DNA of 64,000 nucleotides from contig JAGPGQ010000001.1 of the NCBI GenBank assembly GCA_018055925.1, forward strand, positions 935 through 64,934, given 5' to 3'. A model generated the notes under the pieces. The model was not told the DNA's origin, ran no database searches, and worked only from the letters and a program-made list of their open reading frames with translations. Every line of letters begins with the position of its first letter. The first letter of the stretch is position 1. The position numbers were made by a program, and so were the translations under genes. The DNA comes from Micropruina sp. GTDB lineage: Bacteria > Actinomycetota > Actinomycetes > Propionibacteriales > Propionibacteriaceae. Positions 58,033 through 64,000 of the stretch are shown piece after piece.

Positions 58033-58920
58033 GTGTCGCGTGATGTGATCTCGGATGAGGCGTGGGGCTCTGATTGGTCCCTGTTCCCGAACGTGAAGGC
58101 CACTGGTCGGCCTCCGGTGGATAGGCGCACGGTAGTCGAGGCGACGGCGTGGCGGTTCCGCACCGGGGCGCCGTGGCGGGACGTGCCCGAGCGGTTCGGG
58201 AACTGGAGCACGATCTACAAGAACTTCAACCGGTTGGCTGAACAGGGCATTTGGGCTCGGGTGCTGGAGAAGATGCAAGCCCTCGCGCAGCAGTCCGGAG
58301 ACCTGGACTGGGTGACCTCGATCGACTCCACCATCGTGCGGGTGCATCAGCACGGTGCGACACTGCCGCGCACCACAGGGGGCGGGAACGAACTACAAGA
58401 AGTTCGGTGACGAGCCGCCTGATCACGCGATTAGCCGCTCCCGCGGTGGGCTGACGACGAACACCTGGTCTGCGATGGGAAGGGTCGGCCCCTCGCGTTC
58501 ATCCTCACACCCGGGCAGGCTGCGGCCACCAGCATGCTGACCGCGACGCTGGAACAGATCCGAGTGCCGGCGCGGCGGGGGCGGCCGCGGACCCGGCCCG
58601 ACCGGGTGATGGCCGACCAGGGTTACCCGTCGAAGGCCAAACGAGCATGGCTGCGTCAGCGCGGCATCGCCGCGACGATCCCGGAGCGTAACGACCAGAT
58701 CGCGCACCGCCGCAAGCGGCCGGGCCGGCCGATCGACTTCGGCGACGAGCAACGCGCCCGCTACCGCGGCCGCAACGTCGTCGAGCGATGCTTCAACAAG
58801 CTCAAGCGGTGGCGCGGGATCGCGATGCGCTCAGACAAGACAGCCCGCAACTACCGCGCCGGCCTCTGCCTCGCCGCAACCCTCCACTGGCTCACGAGCA
58901 GCCCGGTCGCGTCAGATTGA
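58033..58920 (+). pseudogene. IS5-family transposase, two-ORF type with an additional frameshift
   Basis: WRFRTGAPWRDVPERFG; SIDSTIVRVHQH; SRGGLTT broken near 58460; ADQGY; RNVVERCFNKLKRWRGIA. Confidence 0.85.
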
Positions 58921-58930
58921 CTGCAGCGGA

Positions 58931-58963
58931 AGGGCGGGCGCTCGTTACCGGAACGCCCGCCCT
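58931..58963. terminator. Hairpin between the convergent transposase and S1 gene
   Basis: 10-bp stem AGGGCGGGCG / CGCCCGCCCT. Confidence 0.6.
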
Positions 58964-58969
58964 CGTGGG

Positions 58970-59167
58970 TTACGCGAGTTCCGCTGAGAACCGACGTTGT
59001 GTCGAGTCGAACTCGAGCACACGCAGGCTCAGCTTGTCGCCGGGCGCAGCGTTCACGCCCTTCGCGAGGCCCGACACGTCGGCGTACTCCACGAGAACGC
59101 CGAACGGCAGCGACTTCGTGACGGTAGCGGCGACTACGTCACCGACCGCGAGAAACTGATCGTCCAT
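58970..59167 (-). CDS. Stand-alone S1 RNA-binding domain protein (65 aa)
   Basis: VGDVVAATVTKSLPFGVLVE...GDKLSLRVLEFD; RBS AAGGAGG. Confidence 0.78.
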   Translation of the reverse strand: MDDQFLAVGDVVAATVTKSLPFGVLVEYADVSGLAKGVNAAPGDKLSLRVLEFDSTQRRFSAELA

Positions 59168-59472
59168 GCATCCACCTCCCTTCCCTGAATCGGGCGAAGG
59201 AGAACAGGCGGATCAAGGAGCGGTCGGGTAGCCCTTCCAGTTCGTGCCGCGCATAGCGTCCAGCACCATCCCGATCTTCACGGCGCCAGTCTAGCGACAC
59301 GGCTCGACGACGAGGTCACGACAGCCGAGCTTTGGCAACACGGCCTAGGTCTGATGGTCGGCCTGGTTGGTGTGTTCTTGCCTAGCGGCCGGCTCACGAG
59401 ACGGTGGGCCTGCCCAGCCCAGTCCTCGACTCCGCTGACGCACCGGTCTGTGAGCCGGGCGTGTTGTTCGAC

Positions 59473-60384
59473 TCAGGACACGTTCTTCTTGAGCCAGTCG
59501 GTGGCGATCGTGGCCGCTGGGAGCTGCTCGTTGATGCTGCGTGCATTGAGGGCGATCAGTTCCTCGGGGGTCATTGTCCTGCTGATCGTGTTGATGATGT
59601 CGGCGGCTTGCTTGTCGAGCTTGTCGCTGGCGAGGGGGACGACATGCGAGGCCAGGAAGAGCCCTTTGGTGTCTTCGAGAGACACGAGGCCGTTGGCTGC
59701 GATTGTGGGATCCGCGGTGTAGATGATCGCGAGTTGGATGTCGCCGTCCTTAAGCGCTTTGACGGTGAGGGGTCCACCGCCGTCCTCGATCGGTGTGAAC
59801 CGAACCTTGACGCCGTAGGTGCCGAGGAGCCCTTTGGGTCCGTTGGGGCGGTTCTCCCCTTCGGAGTTGCCGCCGAGCGTCATAGGGACCGTGACGTTCG
59901 CGAGGTCGTCCATGGTGGACAGGTTCCACTTCTTGGCGAACTGGTTGGTGACGGTGTAGGCGTCCTGATCGGTCGCGGGAGATTGATTCAGTACGCGCAG
60001 CCCTTTGGGTGTGCGGGTACTGAGATCCGCATAGACGTCGTCGGCGAGTCGGGCCCTTGTGTCGGGCTGCCAGTACTGCAGGAGTGGGCCGGTGTACTCA
60101 GGGAAGAGATCGATTCGACCCGCTTCGATCTCTGGCAGGTAGGCCTCGCGCTGCCCGATGCGGTATTGCCGGTCAATGGTGTACCCGGCCTTCTCAAGGG
60201 CCTGGGCGTAGATCTCGGCGATGATCTCGTTCGAGTAGTAGTCCTGCGAGCCGACCACGATGGTCCTGGAGCGGGCGCTCGGGCTGGTCGGGCTGAGCGG
60301 ATCTGCGTTGCCGCATCCGGAGAGCGTGAGCGCACTGGTCGCGACGAGGGCGGTGAGGGTGGTGGTCAGCGTGCGTCTGGACAT
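59473..60384 (-). CDS. Osmoprotectant (glycine betaine/choline-type) ABC transporter substrate-binding lipoprotein
   Basis: Lipobox LSGC; IVVGSQDY...EIYAQALE; PEYTG. Confidence 0.9.
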   Translation of the reverse strand: MSRRTLTTTLTALVATSALTLSGCGNADPLSPTSPSARSRTIVVGSQDYYSNEIIAEIYAQALEKAGYTIDRQYRIGQREAYLPEIEAGRIDLFPEYTGPLLQYWQPDTRARLADDVYADLSTRTPKGLRVLNQSPATDQDAYTVTNQFAKKWNLSTMDDLANVTVPMTLGGNSEGENRPNGPKGLLGTYGVKVRFTPIEDGGGPLTVKALKDGDIQLAIIYTADPTIAANGLVSLEDTKGLFLASHVVPLASDKLDKQAADIINTISRTMTPEELIALNARSINEQLPAATIATDWLKKNVS

Positions 60385-60419
60385 GCGGCCTTCTTTCGGT
60401 GGGGCAGAGTTCCGGGGGC

Positions 60420-61091
60420 TCAGGTGTGGGCGGAGTGAGCGAGTCGTATGGCGGTGTATCGCTGGCTCATGGCGAGGGCGATTTCGAGGACTAGGGCGAG
60501 TGCGGCGACAAGGATCGCGCCGCCGAGCATCTCGGGGTAGTCGCGCGACTTCAGCCCGGTGAACAGGTAACGGCCGAGTCCGACATCGGCGGTGTAGGCG
60601 GCGAGGGTCGCTGTCGCGACGACCTGGAGCGTCGCCGCTCGCAGGCCGCCGACGATGATCGGGGAGGCGAGTGGCAGTTCGACCTGAGCCAGGATCTGGC
60701 CGGGGCTCATCCCGACAGCCTTGGCGGCTGCGGGCACTGTGGGGTCGATGGATTGGATTCCGGCGTAGGCGCCGGCGAGCAGGGACGGAATGGCCAAGAC
60801 GATGAGTGCGAGCAGGGGAGCGGTGAGACCGATTCCGACGCCGAGGCCGATGAGTGTCAACAGGCCGAGGGTCGGGATGGCCCGTGCCGCGCCGGTGATG
60901 GCACCGATCAGGCCGGAACCTCGACCAGTGTGTCCGGCCAGCAAGCCCACGGGAAGGGCGATGAGTGCCGCGGACGCCATAGCGATAGCGGTGATGGTGA
61001 GATGCTGAGCCAGGCGGGTGGGAATCCCGTCCGTCCCGGCCCAGTTGGTCGGGTCAGTCAGCCACGCGATTGCCCCAGTGAGCAGGTTCAT
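60420..61091 (-). CDS. Osmoprotectant ABC transporter permease
   Basis: RAIPTL; EAA-like AAAKAVGMS; VELPLA. Confidence 0.9.
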   Translation of the reverse strand: MNLLTGAIAWLTDPTNWAGTDGIPTRLAQHLTITAIAMASAALIALPVGLLAGHTGRGSGLIGAITGAARAIPTLGLLTLIGLGVGIGLTAPLLALIVLAIPSLLAGAYAGIQSIDPTVPAAAKAVGMSPGQILAQVELPLASPIIVGGLRAATLQVVATATLAAYTADVGLGRYLFTGLKSRDYPEMLGGAILVAALALVLEIALAMSQRYTAIRLAHSAHT

Positions 61092-61750
61092 GCCGCGATC
61101 TCCTTGGCCCGGCCCCGGTGTGCGCGGGTCCACGGTGTCGCGGCGCGACCGATCGCGAGGAGTAGCACGTCGAGGAGGAGCGCGAGGAGGACGGTGGCGG
61201 TGACGCCGGTCGCCACCTCGGGGACGATGCCGCGCTGGAACCCGTCGGTAAGCAGGGTGCCCAGGCTGGGGATGCCGATGAGTGCGCCGATGGTGACCAG
61301 CCCGATGGTGGAAACGGTCGTCACGCGCACCCCGGACAGCAGGACAGGAACGGCCAGGGGAAGGTCGACTCGCCAGAATACTGAGTGCGGTGAGCTGCCG
61401 ATGGCGATCGCGGCGTCTTGCACGTGCGGGCTCACCGAGGTGAATGCATCCGCCGCAGTGCGGACGAGGAGGGCGACGCCGTAGACGGTGAGGGCGATGA
61501 TCATCGTGGCGGCTGACCGCAGTGGGATGCCCAGGACCGCCGGGATGATGATCAGCAGCGGCAGCGCCGGGACGGCATACAGCATGCTGGCGGCGCTGAG
61601 CAGCGGCCCGCCGATGCCGGGTCGCCGGTAGGCCAGACGGCCGGCCGGCACGGCGATCAGCACACTGGCGAGGATCGCGGGCACGCTCAGCATCAGGTGA
61701 TACAGGGCTAGCTCGATCACCTGGGGCCAGTTCGCGGTCAACCAGGTCAC
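61088..61750 (-). CDS. Osmoprotectant ABC transporter permease
   Basis: YAVPAL; DAAIAIG; VDLPLA. Confidence 0.9.
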   Translation of the reverse strand: MTWLTANWPQVIELALYHLMLSVPAILASVLIAVPAGRLAYRRPGIGGPLLSAASMLYAVPALPLLIIIPAVLGIPLRSAATMIIALTVYGVALLVRTAADAFTSVSPHVQDAAIAIGSSPHSVFWRVDLPLAVPVLLSGVRVTTVSTIGLVTIGALIGIPSLGTLLTDGFQRGIVPEVATGVTATVLLALLLDVLLLAIGRAATPWTRAHRGRAKEIAA

Positions 61751-62559
61751 GGCGTGAGCACCCCGACCGGCCGGCCGTCGCCGTCGACCGCGATCAAGCG
61801 TCCCTCGACTTCGGTCGGGGTCAGCACCCGGTCGGCCCGGTCAGCGCCGATGAAGTCGCGTACGAAGTCGTCTGCGGGAGCGGCGAGGATCTGCTGCGGG
61901 GTGCCGCGCTGAGCGATTTGGCCTCGTTCACGGAGCACGACGACCTCGTCGCCGAGTCGGAACGCTTCGTCGATGTCATGGGTGACGAACACGATCGTCT
62001 TGCCCAACTCGCCCTGGAGCCGTCTCAACTCGTCCTGCAGTTCGCGCCGCACGATCGGATCGACCGCACCGAACGGCTCGTCCATCAGCAGGATGTTCGG
62101 GTCCGCGGCCAATGCCCGAGCGACACCCACCCGCTGCTGCTGCCCACCAGACAGTTCGGCAGGGTAGCGGCGTCCTAGTGCCGCGGCCATGCCCACGCGC
62201 TCCAGCAGGCCGAGCGCCTCGCTCAGCGCCTGCCGGCGCGGTGTGCCGGTGAGGATCGGAACCGTCGCGATGTTCTCTGCCACCGTGCGGTGCGGCATCA
62301 GCCCACCGTGCTGCAGCACGTACCCGATCGAACGCCGGAGGGCGACCGGGTTTCGGGTACGCACATCTTCCCCGTCGATGAGCACTCGACCGTCGGTGGG
62401 ATCGACCATCCGATTGACCATCCGGAGGAGGGTCGTCTTGCCCGAACCCGACGAGCCCACCAGCACTACAGCGCGGTGTGAGGGCACGACCAACGAGAAG
62501 TCCCGCACTGCGTCGAACGCACCCCGGTAGGTCTTCGACACTGACTCGAACTCGATCAC
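61747..62559 (-). CDS. Osmoprotectant ABC transporter ATP-binding subunit
   Basis: GSSGSGKTT; LSGGQQQR; DEPFGAVD; VTHD. Confidence 0.93.
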   Translation of the reverse strand: MIEFESVSKTYRGAFDAVRDFSLVVPSHRAVVLVGSSGSGKTTLLRMVNRMVDPTDGRVLIDGEDVRTRNPVALRRSIGYVLQHGGLMPHRTVAENIATVPILTGTPRRQALSEALGLLERVGMAAALGRRYPAELSGGQQQRVGVARALAADPNILLMDEPFGAVDPIVRRELQDELRRLQGELGKTIVFVTHDIDEAFRLGDEVVVLRERGQIAQRGTPQQILAAPADDFVRDFIGADRADRVLTPTEVEGRLIAVDGDGRPVGVLTP

Positions 62560-62606
62560 TCGCAGCCTTTCACCTCGCGCGCGGCGCGCGATCAGCCCAG
62601 CCTATA

Positions 62607-62634
62607 CCTCGAATCGTGGTACAACGATTCGAGG
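62607..62634. promoter_or_regulatory. Palindromic operator candidate (PadR)
   Basis: Perfect 11-bp inverted repeat CCTCGAATCGT-N6-ACGATTCGAGG between divergent genes. Confidence 0.65.
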
Positions 62635-62650
62635 ATGTACCCTGAGTTCA

Positions 62651-63193
62651 ATGATTGAAGTGATGATCCTGGGGTTCCTCGCCGAGGGTCCACTCCATGG
62701 ATACGAACTGCGGCGCCGGATGGCGCAACTTCACGGGTACGCACGCACCATCAGCGACGGCACGATCTACCCGGCAATCAATCGCCTTATCACCGCGGGC
62801 GCCCTCACAGAGGAGATACAGCCCGGCACCGGCGCTGCGCAGCGCCGCACATTGCATCTCACTCGTGCCGGCCTTGAGCGGCTCGTGCAACGACTCCGCG
62901 ACGCGCGCGGCCACGACATCACCGACCCCGGACGATTCTTCGTCGTCCTGGCGTTCCTCTCCCTGGTGCCTGACGAGGGCGACCGTCGCGCCGTCCTAGC
63001 CCGCAGGCTCGCCTACCTTGAGCGCCCGGTCAGCTTCTTCTCCGACGGAGGCCGGCCGCTCCGCGCGGCCGACATCAAGGACCCTTACCGGCGCGGCATC
63101 CTCGTTTCCGCGATCGCCTCCAACCGGGCTGAGCGTGCCTGGTTGCGCGAACAACTCGACCCATCCGCCACCGAGACGAAGGACACCCCATGA
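62651..63193 (+). CDS. PadR-family transcriptional regulator
   Basis: ILGFLAEGPLHGYEL...GTIYPAINRL. Confidence 0.9.
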   Translation: MIEVMILGFLAEGPLHGYELRRRMAQLHGYARTISDGTIYPAINRLITAGALTEEIQPGTGAAQRRTLHLTRAGLERLVQRLRDARGHDITDPGRFFVVLAFLSLVPDEGDRRAVLARRLAYLERPVSFFSDGGRPLRAADIKDPYRRGILVSAIASNRAERAWLREQLDPSATETKDTP

Positions 63194-64000
63194 CCACAAG
63201 GATGCGCGCCATCGTCCTCGACGAACCCGGCCCGGTGACCAATCTCCATCTGCGCACCCTGCCCATCCCCGAGCCCCGGCCCGGATGGGTCCGTATCCGC
63301 GTCAAGGCGTTCGGCTTGAACCGATCCGAGTTGTTGACCAGGCTCGGCCACTCCGGCGATGCCGTGACCTACCCGAGGGTGCTCGGCATCGAAGCTACCG
63401 GCGTCGTTGACCACGGCCCAGGCGGCACTTTCCGGACGGGCCAGCAGGTCATGACCATGATGGGAGGTATGGGACGCGCTTTCGACGGCGGTTACGCCGA
63501 GTACACCTGCGTCCCCGCCGGCCAGGTCATCCCGTTCCGCTCCGACCTCGACTGGGCCGTGCTGGGCGCCATCCCCGAGATGCTCCAGACCGCCTACGGC
63601 TCCCTCACGGTCGGGATCGACGCGCAGACCGGCCAGAGCATCCTCGTCCGCGGCGGCACCTCCTCAGTCGGGATGGCAACCACGATCCTTGCCAAGCGCC
63701 TCGGCATGACCGTCTTCGCAACGACGCGGAACCCCGACAAGATCGACGCGCTGACCAGCATCGGCGTCGACCACGTCATCATCGACGACGGCAAGATCGC
63801 CGACCGGGTGCGAGCTATCGCGCCCGACGGGGTCGATGGGGCGCTCGAACTCGTCGGCACCTCGACCCTGCACGACACCCTCCGCGCCATCCGCGTGCAC
63901 GGCGTCGTTTGCTTCACGGGCATGCTCTCCAACCAATGGACCGTCAGTGACTTCTACCCCATCGACTACATCCCCCAAGGCGTGCGCCTCACGGCCTACT
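63190..64000 (+). CDS. MDR-family NADPH:quinone oxidoreductase/alcohol dehydrogenase (3' end outside window)
   Basis: VKAFGLNRSE; PRVLGIEATG; DGGYAEY; RGGTSSVG; ATGA overlap with padR. Confidence 0.9.
   Translation, partial: MTTRMRAIVLDEPGPVTNLHLRTLPIPEPRPGWVRIRVKAFGLNRSELLTRLGHSGDAVTYPRVLGIEATGVVDHGPGGTFRTGQQVMTMMGGMGRAFDGGYAEYTCVPAGQVIPFRSDLDWAVLGAIPEMLQTAYGSLTVGIDAQTGQSILVRGGTSSVGMATTILAKRLGMTVFATTRNPDKIDALTSIGVDHVIIDDGKIADRVRAIAPDGVDGALELVGTSTLHDTLRAIRVHGVVCFTGMLSNQWTVSDFYPIDYIPQGVRLTAY

Larger units (their letters stand above)
57981..59348. mobile_element. IS5-family element with passenger DNA
   Basis: Ends CTAGGCCGTGCTGCTAAA and TTTGGCAACACGGCCTAG are inverted repeats (16/18 match) with CTAG at both outer ends. 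Confidence 0.8.

Noticed and set aside
1-64000. CRISPR array, tRNA, rRNA or att direct repeats
   Set aside because: None recognised by eye. attL probably lies left of the window, so attR cannot be matched.

Overview
High-GC actinobacterial DNA. About 1-58 kb looks like one integrative conjugative element (ICE). From left to right it carries: a tyrosine integrase (partial) with excisionase; heavy-metal cargo mixed with gene fragments; a Tad/Flp pilus operon ending in a LysM-BTAD protein; a candidate defence block (nuclease-NACHT NTPase and a HEPN-like gene); a Gram-positive T4SS-like operon (VirB6-, VirB4-, VirD4-like genes and a lytic transglycosylase); a decayed par locus; and a 1824-aa MobF relaxase-helicase-primase with a candidate oriT. 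An IS5 derivative, an osmoprotectant ABC transporter and a PadR/oxidoreductase pair follow. Top observation: five non-core ICE proteins, four of them from different families, carry W-E-x-[V/T] 27-31 residues before a Pro/Arg-rich C-terminus, and the relaxase has Q-E-R-V at the same distance. This suggests a shared C-terminal signal for proteins co-transferred during conjugation. Two of the five are paralogous helical proteins, each translationally coupled to a ~100-aa partner. All family calls come from motif recognition by eye; no database search was run.
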